This document shows, piece after piece, positions 48,901-62,929 of a stretch of 64,000 bases of DNA. The stretch is from Malacoraja senta (Eukaryota). The stretch lies in contig CM075993.1 of NCBI GenBank assembly GCA_038087875.1, forward strand, positions 8,310,001 to 8,374,000, given 5' to 3'. How positions within the stretch are numbered: the stretch's first letter is position 1; every line of letters starts with the position of its first letter. The position numbers were made by a program, and so were the translations under genes. A model generated the notes under the pieces. It was not told the origin of the DNA and made no database searches. It saw only the letters and a program-made list of their open reading frames with translations.

Positions 48901-51900
48901 TGTGAGATTGGAACCACAAAATCTCATGTTTTGCTTGGGTAGCTTAAAACCCAATGGTATGAACATTTGCATAGAAACAAGGAACTGCAGATGCAGATTG
49001 ACAAAAAAAAGAGACAGTGCTGGAGTAACTCAGTGGGTCAGGCAGCATCCCTGGAGAACATGGATAGATGATATTTTGGGTCCGAACCCTTCTATCGAGT
49101 CTGAAGATGCGTCTCGACCTGAAACATCGCCTCGCCATGTTCTCCAGAGATGCTGCCTGACCCACTGAGTTACTCCAGCACTCTGTGTCTGTTTTTGTAT
49201 GAATATTGAGTCTTGTAATTGCAAGTAACCCACTCTCCCTGTGTTCTCCCTCACATTCCCTCATCCTTCCAGCTTCTCAGTTTGTACACCTCTCCCATCA
49301 CTACCCCCCCCCCCCCCCCCCACCACCTCCCCACACACCTGGCTCCATCTGCCCAGCATCCCCTCCCCATCTTGTTCCTCCTATCACCCATTTGCCTCTA
49401 ACTCCCTCTTTCCTCTCCTCTCCTGTAATCTGGTCATCGTTCTTCTTTCCTCGCAGACCTGATGGAGGGTCTCAGCCTGAAACTTTGACTTACATCTTCT
49501 GCCTCCACAGATGCGATCTCGCTGGCCCTCCACTCCGCTCTTGTCCACTTGGACAACAAAAACTCATATGTCCGGCTGTTATTCATCGATTACAGCTCGG
49601 CATTTAATACAATCATCCCCTCCAAGCTGGTTACCAAGTTCGCAGAACTGGGTCTCTGCGCATCCCTCTGCAATTGGATCCTCGACTTCCTCACTCACAG
49701 ACCACAGTCTGTTCGTATTGGTGGAAATGTGTCAGACTCGATAACCTCAAGGCTGCGTGCTCAGCCCCCTGCTGTACTCACTCTATACTCATGACTGCGT
49801 AGCCGGACATAGTGCGAACTCCATCATCAAGTTCGCTGACGACACCACTGTTGTGGGACGTATCACTGATGGGGATGAGTCAGAGTATAGAAGAGAGATC
49901 GAGCAACTGTCCATATGGTGCCAGCACAATAACCTGGCCCACAACACCAGCAAAACCAAGGAACTGATTGTGGACTTTGGAAGGAGTAGGATGGGGACCC
50001 ACAGTCCTGTTTATATCAACGGGTCGATGGTTGAAAGGGTCAAGAGCTTCAAATTCCTGGGCGTGCACATCTCTGAAGATCTTTCCTGGTCCGAGAACAC
50101 TGATGCCATTATTAAGAAAGCACATCAGCGCATCTACTTCCTGAGAAGATTACGGAGAGTCGGTTTGTCAAGGAGGACTCTCTCTAACTTCTACAGGTGC
50201 ACAGTAGAGAGCATGCTGACCAGTTGCATCATGGCTTGGTTCGGCAACTTGAGCGCCCTGGAGAGGAAAAGACTACAAAAAGTAGTAAACACTGCCCAGT
50301 CCATCATCAGCTCTGACCTCCCTTCCATCGAGGGGATCTATCGCAGTCACTGCCTCAAAAAGGCTGGCAGTATCATCAAGGACCCACGCCATCCTGGCCA
50401 CACACTCATCTCCCTACTACCTTCAGGTAGAAGGTACAGGAGCCTGAAGACTGCAACGACCAGGTTCAGCAATAGCTACTTCCCCACAGCCATCAGGCTA
50501 TTAAACTTGGCTCGGACATAACACTGAACTTTATTAGCCAATACTGTTATTTGCACTTTATCAGTATATTGATTCATGTGTGCATATATTTATAGAATGC
50601 CTTGTAGTCAATGCCTACTATGTTCTGTTGTGCTGAAGCAAAGCAAGAATTTCATTGTCCTATCAGGGACACATGACAATAAACTCACTTGAACTTGAAC
50701 TTGACCCACTGAGTTCTTTCAGCCTTCTGTATTTTTGCTTGATTCAATAAGATCTTCCAAGCAGAAGCCAGGAAGAACAGTGCATCATTTTATGATGGTC
50801 TGCAGAAGGGTCTCGACCCAAAATGACGCCCATGCCTTCTCGCCAGAGATGCTGCTTGTCCCGCTGAGTTACTCCAGCATTTTGTGTCTATCATCACTTT
50901 GTGAGCTCTCCTCCCTGAGTTGGGAATAGAAAAGTACACTGGGGTATCTCAGAAATTTCATAATTGTGATCGATTTCAAGAAAGGGACACATTTCATTGT
51001 AGTCATTCCAAGGGATCTCCATACTGTCTGGCACAAGGTGAGTGGTTGCAAAATTGTCCAATGTACAAAGAACTCTGTCCATCAGTACATTCCACTAGAT
51101 TCAGGAACAGCGTCTACCAGACTACTGAACAGACTTCTCATCAACAAAGGGTGTCTTCCCAATCTCACAATCTACCTTGTACAGCCCTTAAATATCTGTT
51201 TATCTGCAGCTGTAACACTATATTCTGTACTCTGCTATTTTTCTCTTTGCACCGCCTGTTGTCCTTCTTTATGGCCTGGTTGTACTCATGTCAGGTATGA
51301 TTTGACTGGATAGCATTCAAAACAATATAATACTGCAAAAAAAAAGCAAAGTTGGATAGCATCTTTTAATTTGGATAGCAACTCAATTTATAAATTTGCA
51401 GACGACTCCACTGTAGTGGGCCGGATGTTAAATAATGATGGGACGGAGTACAGGAATGAGATTGAGAACCTCGGAACCTGATGTCAAGAGCATGACCTTT
51501 CCCTCAATATCAGCAAAACAATGTTTAGTTTGGGGGCAACACGGTGGTGCAGCAGTAGAATTGATGCCTTACAGACCCGGGTTCAATCCTGACTACGGGT
51601 GCTGTCTGTACAGAGTTTGTACGTTCTCCCGGTGACCAGGTGGGTTTTTCCCGGGTGCGTTTACTCAAACACTCCAAAGACGTACATGTTTGTAGGTTAA
51701 TTGGCTTCGGTAAAGATTGTACATTATCCCTAGTGTGTAGCATAGTGCTAGTCAACGGGGATCACTGGTCAGCACGGACTCGGTGGGCCAAAGGGCCTGT
51801 TTCCACACTATATCTCTAAATTTAACTAAACTAAACAAAGGAGATAATGATCGACTTCGGGAAGCGAAGCGGTACGCATACCCCAGTATATATTGAAGGC

Positions 51901-54900
51901 GCTGAAGAACAGTGAAAAGCTTTTGTTGCGCGCTCTCCAGTCAGCAGAAAGACAATACATAATTACAATCGAGCCATTTACAGTGTATAGATACATGATA
52001 ATGGAATAACATTTAGTGCAAGGTGGTACAAGTGTGAGATGGTGAAAGGTCCAAGTTCGTAGGAGTAAATATCTTCAGCAACTAGTCATGGACCACCCAT
52101 ATCAAAGCAATGGTCAAGAAAACACATCAATGCCTTTACTTCATTAGAAGGCCTAGGAAGTTTGGCATGTTCCCAACAACTCTCACCAACATCTACAGAC
52201 ATGCCATAGAAAGCATTTTATCGGGAAGCATCACAGCATGGTTTGGGAACAGCTCCATCCAAGACCGCAAGAAATTGCAGAGAATTGTGGACGCAGTCAA
52301 GACCATCACGCAAACCAAGTCCCCTCCATCTACACTTCAGGCTGCCTCGGCAAGGCCACCAGCATAATCAAGGACGAGTCTCACCCCAGACATTCCCTCT
52401 TCTCCCCTCTCCCTCCAGGGAGGAGGTACAGAAGTGTGAAAACTTGTACCTCCAGATTCAGGGACAGTTTCTTCCCAGCTGTTATTGGGAACTGAACCAT
52501 CCTATCACCAACTAGAGAGTGGTCCTGAGCTACCATCTATCTCATTGGAGACCCTCAGACTTTCTCTAATCAGACTTCATTGGACTTTATCTTGCACTAA
52601 ACATTATTCCCTTTATCCTGTATAAGTACACTGTGGATGGCTTGATTGTAGTCATGCATAATCTTTCTGCTGACTGGCAGCACATATCAAAAAAAGCTGT
52701 TAACACGTGACGATAAACTAACCAAAAAATAAAACAATGTTTTTCGCTTTATCTCGGTACATGTGACAATAATAAAATCATACTGATACATTCCACAGTT
52801 GCCATCCATCACAGCACAAGAAATCCAAGCTCAACCACTGTATTGGCCAGTTTTCATCTCGTAACAGCCTGCTGTCAATGAGATGGATTATGGAAGATTC
52901 TTCTCAAATCTGATTCTCCTCAGAGATATGTCACTATTCTCCAACTTACGTAGCAGTAGAGCTGCTGCCTTACAGCGCCAGAGACACGAGGTCGATTCTA
53001 ATTACGGGTGTTGTCTTTACAGACATTGTACGTTCTCCCCGTGACCTGCTCCGGTCACCTCGCACGGACAGGTTTGTAGGTTAATTGGCCTTGATAAAAT
53101 TGTAAATTGTCCCTAGTGTGTGTAGGATAGTGTAAGTGTGCGGGGATCGTTATTCAGCCAGGACTCGGTGGGCCGAAGAGCCTGTTCTTGCACTGTATCT
53201 CTAAAACTATGCTAAACTAAAAAAAACTAAACACCAAACACATACAGGTTTGTGAGTTAGCGTGTAGGATAGTGTCAGTGTCTGGACTGGTCAGCGAGGA
53301 CTTGGTGGGCTGAAGGGCCTGTTTCTGCACTGTATCTCTACAGTCTAAAGTAAACTGCTCCATGATGCTATGCAAGCTGTAATCTTCACCAATAGATCCA
53401 TCACACTCTCAACCATCAACTAGACAGTGTCGTCACACCAGCCCTCTTCTCAATCTTCCCAACTATGACATTCCAATCAGTACCCTGTGGATGTGGAATT
53501 CATCTACAGGATGAGCAGAAAACATTTTGATCTTCATTATCTCCACTCCAGAACCAAAATCACATCAACCTGATTAAAGTACATTACATTGATGAAGACA
53601 TAAGGAACTGCAGATGCTGGAATGTTCGGTAAAACACAGTTCTACAATACCTCAGCAGTTCAGGCAGTATCTGTGGAAGGTGTAGATAGGCAACACATTA
53701 CATTACATGGATGATGCTTTTGTATCTGCACACTTGGAAGCTGGGATCCAAACCACTGTCTCTTCCTTATTGGAGTATGTAGGATGATGTGTCTTAAGCT
53801 AAACATCTGGAAGACACTTACCTTCACCGCACCGTGACCTGGCCTTCAAAGCTCATGGGAAGAGCCTGGTCATGTTGCACATCCTAGGAGCCACATCTCA
53901 TACATGCACAAGGTTCACCACCCTCTAGTGTCCCAGCACAATCTTTAGCCCCCTGAAGAAGATCAAGAATCAATTGGGGCATTCAATTTATGGTCTGCCA
54001 GGCAATAGTGATACCCCACAGATAGACACAAAAATTGGAGTAACTCAGTGGGTCAGGCAGCATATATGGGGAAAAAAGGAATAGGTGAAATTTTGGGTCG
54101 AGACCCTTCTTCAATGAAATAAGACATATGAAAAGGGACAGAGAACAAATGAATGAAAGATATGCAAAAGGACAAATAAAAGGCAGCAACGATGGTCAGG
54201 GAAAGATGGTCCATTGTTGGCAGTGGGGAACGTGATAATGAGTGATACAAACAGTGAAACTCGGCAGGACGACAGTGAAACTAGCGCGACTACTAGGGTG
54301 GGGAAGGGACGGAGAGAGAGGGGATGTAAGGGTTACTTGAAGTTAGTGAAATCAACATTAATACCACTGGTACACAAAAATGCTGGAGAAACTCAGCGGG
54401 TGCAGCAGCATCTATGGAGCGAAGGAAACAGGTAACGTTTCGGGCCGAAACCCTTCTTCAGACTGATAGGGGGTGGGGAGAAGAAAGGAAAAAAGGAAAA
54501 AAAGGAAACATTAATACCACTGGGTTGTAAGCTGCCGAAGCGAAATATGAGGTACTGTTCCGCCAATTTGCGTTCTGCCAGTGGAGGAAGCCCCAGCCTC
54601 TGATATGTGTTAGAGATAAAGATAACCTACAGCAGAACCTCAAAACCCTGCTGGAGTTACCCCTGGGATCCTGCAGGTTAAATGGACCATTGTCAGGATC
54701 CTCTCTGAACCCTGATCCCACTTCACCAGCTGCAGTGGGTGGACTGCATTGTTTAAATATTTGACACTGGATTCCTCAGATCTCAATGATGGGAGGAGAT
54801 TTTCAGGAGGCAGAGGAAGTGCTTGTGGTGTCTCCTGGACTCCTGTACACCTCAGAGATGCAGACTACCTACAGCAAACAAAACACAAAGTGCTGGAATA

Positions 54901-55529
54901 ACTCAGTGGGTCGTGCTGCATCTGTGGAGAACATGCAATAGGTGACGTTTTGGTCGGGACCCTTCTTCAGACTGACTGTAGTAGTGGAGGGGAGCAAGCT
55001 GGAGGAGAAGGGGCGGGACAAAGCCTGGCAAATGATAGCTTGTTCTGGGTGAGGTGGGAGCTTTTGCTTAGTATTTCAACATGCTGAAACTTTTTTCTGC
55101 AACCTAGCTGAGGCCACGAGTATTCGGGAACTTCCCTCGAGCATGAAGGAGAGTTCCAGTGACCTCATAGGACCACGTGTCGACCATGCTGCGAGTTTGA
55201 GTCGAGGGCAAACTCTTTTAAACTCGTAGATTAGGTCGCTGCAATGGGACAGCCCCTTCATAGTCTGTGTAGGAAAGAACTGCAGATGCTGGTTTAAATC
55301 GAAGGTCCCTGTAGATACAAAATGCTGGAGTAACTCAGCGGGACAGGCAGCATCTCTGGAGAGAAGGAATGGGTGACGTTTCGGGTCGAGACCCTTCTTC
55401 AGACTCTTCTTCAAGGGAGTTGGCGGGACAGAGATGGAATGTAGTCGGAGACAGTAAGACTGGTGGGAGAACTGTGAAGGGGGAGGGGATGGAGAGAGCG
55501 GGAAAGCAAGGGTTACTTGAAGTTAGAGG
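45960..55529 (+). repeat. Copy 2 of the >=9.5 kb duplication (carries second copies of all features listed in 1-9545)
   Basis: Direct match to 1-9545 with a handful of substitutions and three short indels. Confidence 0.98.
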
Positions 55530-56156
55530 TCAATGTTCATACCTCTGGGGTGTAAGCTGCCCAGGCTAAATATGAGGTGCTGTTCCTCCAATTTGCGCTG
55601 GGCCTCACTCTGACAGTGGAGGAGGCCCAAGACAGAAAGGTCGGATTGGGAATGGGAGGGGGAGTTAAAGTGCTGAGCAACCGGGAGATCAGGTAGGTTA
55701 AGGCGGACTGAGCAGAGGTGTTCAGTGAAACGATCGCCAAGCCTGCTCTTGGTCTTGCTATTATTGTTTAAAAGTCTGATGGCTGTAGAGAAGAAGCTGT
55801 TCCTGAACCTCGATGTTACACTTTCCAGGCTCCTATTTCTTCCCTATGAGAGTGAAATGAGTGTGTGGCCAGGGTGGTGTGGGACTCTGATGATGCTGGC
55901 TGCCTTTTTGAGGCAGCGCCTCCCGCAATTCCCTTCGATAGTGAGGTCAGTACTTGTGAAGGACTGGGCAGTGTTCACCTGGGCATTCGAGTTGCTGAAC
56001 CTGTCTGTGATTCAGTCAGTCAATATCCTCCCAACTATACCTGTAGAAGTTCAAGGGACTACACAAAGCGTGGTGGGTGCATGGAACAAGCTGCCAAAGG
56101 AGGTAGTTGAGGCTGGGACTATCCCAACATTTAAGAAGCAGTTAGACAGGTACATG

Positions 56157-56245
56157 TCTGAAGAAGGGTTTCGGCCCGAAACGTTGCCTATTTCCTTCGC
56201 TCCATAGATGCTGCTGCATCCGCTGAGTTTCTCCAGCATTTTTGT
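56157..56245 (+). mobile_element. 89-bp PLE hammerhead module inserted in a CR1 3' end
   Basis: GTACATG at 56150-56156 and 56246-56252. Confidence 0.85.
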
Positions 56246-57834
56246 GTACATGGATAGGACAGGTTTGGAGGGATATGGACCAAATGCAGGCAGGTGAGAC
56301 TAGTGTAGCTGGGACATGTTGGCCAGTGTGCGCAAGTTGGGCCGAAGGGCCTGTTTCCACACTGCAACACTCTAAGATTCTATGACTCTCTAGTACACTC
56401 TGACATACCAACTCTGATTGAACTTCATGGGTTTGGGGGTGTGAGTGGGGTAGATAGACTGGCATGTTCTATTTTGGTCAACTGCGCTCTCTCTAGACCT
56501 ATCAACAATCTTGCTATCACAGATGACACATGCTAAAGAGGAATCCCCCAGCTGCGATAGCTGTTCGAGAGCACAGCTGTCTATAGATCCCTATAAAGAA
56601 GTTGCTGATGTGGAAAATGAGAGGTTCATGTGCTGCTCACTGTAATCTATCCATTGATGCAATCTCTACAGATCCCTGGAGAAAGCAGGCAGATGCAGCT
56701 AGGATTGCTTGCCTAATCTGGCGTAACCCGGCAATTGAGGGCAGTGAAGGAACAGACACTTCAACAAATGGCCATCAGATGGCCTGAGGCTCATCAAATT
56801 TGTTCAGACCAGGAGATGTAACGCAGAAGGATTATAGAATAACCTGAGAATTCAATGTAACCTCCAGTGTACAATGAGTCAAAAACAAAGCACCGGAGGA
56901 ACTCAGCAGGTCAGGCAGCCTCTGTGGAGGGACATTCACCTACAGCTCACAGATTGACACAAAAAGCTGGAGTAACTCAGCGGGACAGGTAGCATTTCCG
57001 GAGAGAAGGAATGGGTGACGTTTCGGGTCGAGACCCTTCTTCAAACGAGTTGATGAGCATGGAAACAGCAGGCCCTTCACCTCTCTGAGTCCACGCTGAC
57101 CAGCAATCACCCATACACTAGTTCAATCTTACTAGGGACAATGTGCAGAGGCCAATTAAACTCCAAACACACACGTCTTTAGAATGTGGGAGGAAACTGG
57201 AGCACCCAGTGTAAACCCACGTGGTTATGGGAAGAACGTGCAAACTCCACACAGGTAGCACCCGTAGTCAGGATCGAACCCGGGTCTCTGGTGCTGTGAG
57301 GCAGCAACTCTCCCACTGCGCCACCGTGCCGCCATTTGCTGCCCAGATGGCCAGTTACGTTCTAATCGTTTCTAACGCCATAATCTTGCACGATCCTATA
57401 AGCAGTCAGGGTGGAACAGTAATACAGCTGGTGGAGCTGCTGCCTCATAGTGCCAGTGACCCAGGTTCGATCCTGACCTCAGGTACTATCTGTGTGGAGT
57501 TTGCACGTTCTCCCTGTGGGTTTCCTCCAGGTGCTCCAGCTTCCTCCCACATCCCTAGGTTTGTAGGTTAATTGATCTCTGGTGTGTCAGGAGTGGATGA
57601 GAAAGTGGGATGAAATAAAACCAGTGTGAATGTGTTATCGATGGTTGGCGTTGACTTGGAGGACCAATGAGACTGTTTCCATTCTGTATGTTTAAACTAC
57701 ACTAATCCTAGCCTGCCCTGTAAATTAATTGCCTCCCCGCACCGATTTTTATTCTTTTTAATTTAGCCCTCTCCACAAGCAATCACATCACTCCGGTTCT
57801 ACCTGGCTCTCACGCTGTGTCACTCCGAGTCCTC

Positions 57835-58460
57835 CCAAACAAGACTGCCTGGCAGATCCATTATTTCTACCTGTTCCTGCCCCACCGAACTCATCTCCAA
57901 ATGCTGCGATTCTACCTGTTCCCCTTTGTCTAGTCCCTCCCAACCAATGTCAGAGACACCTCACATGCTCTTCAACACTTCAATAACTGTCAATTTCTAG
58001 TCCCCCATCACATCATCTTTACCATGGACATCCAGACTCTTTACACCTCCATCCTCCACCGGGAAGGTCTCAGGGCCCTCTGATTCTTCTTTGAACAGAG
58101 ACCCAAACAGTTCCCTCTGCTAACACTCTCCTCTGCCTGGTTGAACTTGTCCTCATCTTCAACAGCTTCCCTTTTGACTTTGTTCACTTTCTTCTAGTCA
58201 AAGCTGTGGCTATAAGCACTTACATCTGCCTGCCTTTTATGATGGTTCAGAAGAGTCCTTGTTCCAAATATGGGCAAAGCTAAATGTTGTTGCCAACCAT
58301 ACACTGGCACCATCCATAACCTTTTCCCTGCTATATTGAAGACTGCATCGGGGCTGGCTCCTGCACCCATGCAGAATTTGATTTCATCAACTTTACCACT
58401 AACTTCCAGGCTTCCCTCAAATTCAAAAGTGTGCAGTTCGTGGTGTTTCCCCACTCCAAA
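57835..58460 (+). pseudogene. Degraded Penelope-like reverse transcriptase
   Basis: PGRSIISTCSCPTELIS, IFTMDIQTLYTSI (58015-58053), LLCLVELVL and YIEDCIG motifs with stops and frameshifts. Confidence 0.8.
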
Positions 58461-58913
58461 TTTGCCATGTAGAAACAAAGTACTGGAGATGCTGGTTAAA
58501 GTGCAGAGACCCAGGTTCGATCCTGATGACGGATGCTTTCTGTGTGGCGTTTGCACGTTCTCTCTGTTACCGGATGGATTTCCTCTGGGTGCTCTGGTTT
58601 CCTCCCACTTCCCAAAGACATGTAAGTTTGTAGATTAATTGGCTTTGATAAATTGTTCCTATTAGGATTGAACGAGTGTATGGGTGATTGCTGGCCAGTG
58701 TGGACCCGGTGTGTCGAAGGGCCTATTTGCACGCTGTATGTCTAAAGTCTAAAATCAGGCAGCATCTTTGGAGAACATGGATAGGTGACATTTTGGGTTG
58801 AGACCCTTCTTCAGATTCCAATCTGGTAAGAAGAACGTGTCCAAAGACAGGCAGCTCGATTTGTTACTAATACCTATGAGAGAGAAGCGAATGTTACCAA
58901 ACTTCTGAATTCA

Positions 58914-59014
58914 CTGGTACACAAAAATGCTGGAGAAACTCAGCGGGTGCAGCAGCATCTATGGAGCGAAGGAGATAGGCAACGTTTCGGGCCGAAACCC
59001 TTCTTCAGACTGAT
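58914..59014 (-). mobile_element. 101-bp PLE hammerhead module with a 16-bp TSD
   Basis: CAAACTTCTGAATTCA at 58898-58913 and 59015-59030. Confidence 0.9.
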
Positions 59015-59030
59015 CAAACTTCTGAATTCA

Positions 59031-62000
59031 TAGATACATAGAAATAGAAAATAGGTGCAGGAGTAGGCCATTCGGCCCTTCGAGCCTGCACTGCCATTCA
59101 ATATGATCATGGCTGATCATCCAACTCAGTATCCCGTACCTGCCTTCTCTCCATACCCCCTGATCCCTTTAGCCACAAGGGCCACATCTAACTCCCTCTT
59201 CAATATAGCCAATGAACTGGCCTCAACTACCCTCTGTGGCAGAGAGTTCCAGAGATTCACCACTCTCTGTGTGAAAAAGTTTTTCCTCATCTCGGTCTTA
59301 AAAGATTTCCCCCTTATCCTTAAGCTGTGACCCCTTGTCCTGGACTTCCCCAACATCGGGAACAATCTTCCTGCCATCTAGCCTGTCCAACCCCATAAGA
59401 ATTTTGTACGTTTTTATAAGATCCCCTCTCAATCTCCTAAATTCTAGCGAGTATAAGCCAAGTCTATCCAGTCTTTCTTCATATGAAAGTCCTGACATCC
59501 CAGGAATCAGTCTGGTGAACCTTCTCTGCACTCCCTCTATGGCTATAATGTCCTTCCTCAGATTTGGAGACCAAAACTGTACGCAATACTCTAGGTGTGG
59601 TCTCACCAAATCCCTGTACAACTGCAGTAGAACCTCCCTGCTCCTATACTCAAATCCTTTTGCTATGAAAGCTAACATACCATTCACTTTCTTCACTGCC
59701 TGCTGCACCTGCATGCCTACTTTCAATGACTGGTGTACCATGACACCCAGGTCTCGCTGCATCTCCCCATTTCCTAATCGGCCACCATTTAGATAATAGT
59801 CTGCTTTCCTGTTTTTGCCACCAAAGTGGATAACCTCACATCTATCCACATTATACTGCATCTGCCAAACATTTGCCCACTCACCCAGCCTATCCAAGTC
59901 ACCTTGCAATCTCCTAGCATCCTCCTCACAGCTAACACTGCCCCCCAGCTTAGTGTCATCCGCAAACTTGGAGATGATGCCTTCAATTCCCTCATCCAGA
60001 TCATTAATATAAATTGTAAATAGCTGGGGTCCCAGCACTGAGCCTTGCGGTACCCCACTAGTCACTGCCTGCCATTGTGAAAAGGACCCGTTTACTCCTA
60101 CTCTTTGCTTCCTGTTTGCCAGGCAGTTCTCTATCCACATCAATACTGAACCCCCAATACCGTGTGCTTTAAGTTTGTATACTAATCTCTTATGTGGTAC
60201 CTTGTCGAAAGCCTTCTGAAAGTCCAGATACAACACATCCACTGGTTCTCCCCTATCCACTCTACTAGTTACATCCTCGAAAAATTCTATAAGGTTCGTC
60301 AGACACGATTTACCTTTCGTAAATCCATGCTGACTTTGTCCAATGATTTCACCACTTTCCAAATGTGCTGCTATCCCATCTTTAATAACTGACTCTAGCA
60401 GTTTCCCCACTACCGATGTTAGACTAACTGGTCTGTAATTCCCCGTTTTCTCTCTCCCTCCCTTCTTAAAAAGTGGGGTTACGTTTGCTACGCTCCAATC
60501 CTCAGGAACTACTCCAGAATCTAAAGAGTTTTGAAAAATTATCACTAATGCATCCACTATTTCTGGAGCTACTTCCTTAAGTACTCTGGGATGCAGCCTA
60601 TCTGGCCCTGGTGATTTATCGGCCTTTAATCCATTCAATTTACCCAACACCACTTCCCGACTAACCTGGATTTCACTCAGTTCCTCCATCTCCTTTGACC
60701 CGCGGCCCCCTGCTATTTCCGGCAGATTATTTATGTCTTCCTTAGTGAAGACGGAACCAAAGTAGTTATTCAATTGGTCCGCCATATCCTTGTTCCCCAT
60801 GATCAATTCACCTGTTTCTGACTGCAAGGGACCTACATTTGTTTTAACTAATCTCTTTCTCTTCACATATCTATAAAAACTTTTGCAGTCAGTTTTTATG
60901 TTCCCTGCCAGTTTTCTTTCATAATCTATTTTCCCTTTCCTAATTAAGCCCTTTCACCTCCTCTGCTGGTCTCTGAATTTCTCCCAGTCCTCTGGTATGC
61001 TGCTTTTTCTGGCTAATTTGTACGCATCATCTTTTGCTTTGATACTATCCCTGATTTCCCTTGTAATCCACGGATGCACTACCTTCCCTGATTTATTCTT
61101 TTGCCAAACTGGGATGAACAATTTTTGTAGTTCATCCATGCAGTCTTTAAATGACTTCCATTGCATATCCACCGTCAACCCTTTTAGAACTAATTGCCAG
61201 TCAATCTTGGCCAATTCACGTCTCATACCCTCAAAGTTACCTTTCTTTAAGTTCAGAACCGTTGTTTCTGAATTAACAATGTCACTCTCCATCCTAATGA
61301 AGAACTCAACCATATTATGGTCACTCTTGCCCAAGGGGCACGCATAACAAGACTGCTAACCAACCCTTCCTCATTACTCAATACCCAGTCTAGAATAGCC
61401 TGCTCTCTCGTTGGTTCCTCTACATGTTGGTTTAGATAACTATCCCGCATACATTCCAAGAAATCCTCTTCCTCAGCACCCCTGCCAATTTGATTCACCC
61501 AATCTATATGTAGATTGAAGTCACCCATTATAACTGTTTTGCCTTTGTTGCACGCATTTCTAATTTCCTGTTTGATGCCATCCCCAACTTCACTACTACT
61601 GCTAGGTGGCCTGTACACAACACCCACCAGCATTTTCTGCCCCTTAGTGTTTCGCAGCTCTACCCATACCGATTCCACATCCTCCAAGCTAATGTCCTTC
61701 CTTTCCACTGCGTTAATCTCCTCTCTAACCAGCAACGCTACCCCACCTCCTTTTCCTTTCTCTCTATCCCTCCTGAATATTGAATATCCCTGGATGTTCA
61801 GCTCCCAGCCTTGGTCACCCTGGAGCCATGTCTCCGTGATCCCAACTATATCATAATCATTAATAGCTATCTGCACGTTCAACTCATCCACCTTTTTACA
61901 AATGCTCCTTGCATTGAGACACAAAGCCTTCAGGCTTGTTTTTACAACGCTCTTACCCCTTATACAATTATGTTGAAAAGTGGCCCTTTTTGATTTTTGC

Positions 62001-62313
62001 CCTGTATTTGTCTGCCTGCCACTTTTACTTTTCACCTTGCTACCTATTGCTTCCGCCCGCATTTTACACCCCTCTGTTTCTTTGCTCACCCATTTAAGAA
62101 CCCCACCACCTCTTATTCGCTGTTTATTATTGTTTTCTTCTTTCCCCCCTACATGTTGGGTCTGAGTGCTTTCCTTCTCTGCCTCACACACTGTCTAATA
62201 GCTTTCTCTATTTGAGTCCCTCCCCCCAACCATTCTAGTTTAAAGTCTCCCCAGTAGCCTTTGCAGATCTCCCAGCCAGGATATCGGTCCCCCTCAGGTT
62301 CAAGTGCAACCCA
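59031..62313 (-). mobile_element. CR1 LINE with the end of ORF1 and a nearly complete, frameshifted ORF2 (APE endonuclease + RT)
   Basis: EN motifs LNARS, GITETWL, VYRPP, MGDFN, ILDWVL, KSDH; RT ORF 59298-60866; ORF1 end LHLNLRGTDILAG..LN*; (TTCTAT)-type tail. Confidence 0.96.
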
Positions 62314-62697
62314 TCCTTAATTCACTGGGGTGGAACCCTCTCCAAGACAGACGTGAAGCTCACCACTTGACCTGTTTTTACAAAATGTTAAATGGCCAGC
62401 TCGACATAGATTACAAAACCTACACCAAACCCCACCCAATTAGGAGCAGACAACGGCATTCGATCCAATTTGAGATACCAGCTACCAAGACAGATGTGTA
62501 CAGCAATTCATTCTTCCCCTGCACAATAAAAGCATGGAATAATCTCCACTCTACCATAGTTACCCAACCAGATGCAACTAAATTTAAGGTAGCTCTTTCT
62601 TCCCAAAAACCCTTTCTGGCTTAAGTCCTCCCTCCACCACCTCCAGTTTAAATTCCACTTGGAATATTTTGGAGGACGGAGAAACCAAGAACCAAGA
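62314..62697 (+). mobile_element. 3' fragment of a different CR1/L2-group LINE
   Basis: LGWNPLQDRR..CFYKMLNG..YSNSFFPCTIKAWNNL; (AACCAAG)n tail; clade not determined. Confidence 0.7.
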
Positions 62698-62755
62698 ATG
62701 ATCTCGATCCTAAATGTCACTATCTATGTTCTCCAGGGATGCTGCCTGACCTGCT

Positions 62756-62877
62756 TCTTCTTCTTCTTCTTCTTGCATATGGCGTGCACAGCCTAAAGTT
62801 GTACGACAACTTGTTCTATTTGATCGCATTTGATTGTGCACACCGGGTTGATTGCATTTGTCGAAACGTCCCACCCC
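62756..62877 (-). mobile_element. Ribozyme-headed short element, family 1, with an internal deletion in the ribozyme
   Basis: 7-bp TSD ACCTGCT (62749-62755, 62878-62884); GGGGTGGGAC joined directly to GTTTCGACAAATGCAATC; long (GAA)n tail. Confidence 0.85.
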
Positions 62878-62929
62878 ACCTGCTGATTCACTCCATCAAT
62901 TTGAGTCTTTTTCCAGATTTCCCTTGGTT

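Noticed and set aside
2593..59014. Dispersed short palindromic repeats resembling CRISPR repeats or MITEs
   Set aside because: Not regularly spaced, no spacers or cas genes, eukaryotic context; variable-length TSDs and linkage to PLE coding remnants indicate retroelement termini.
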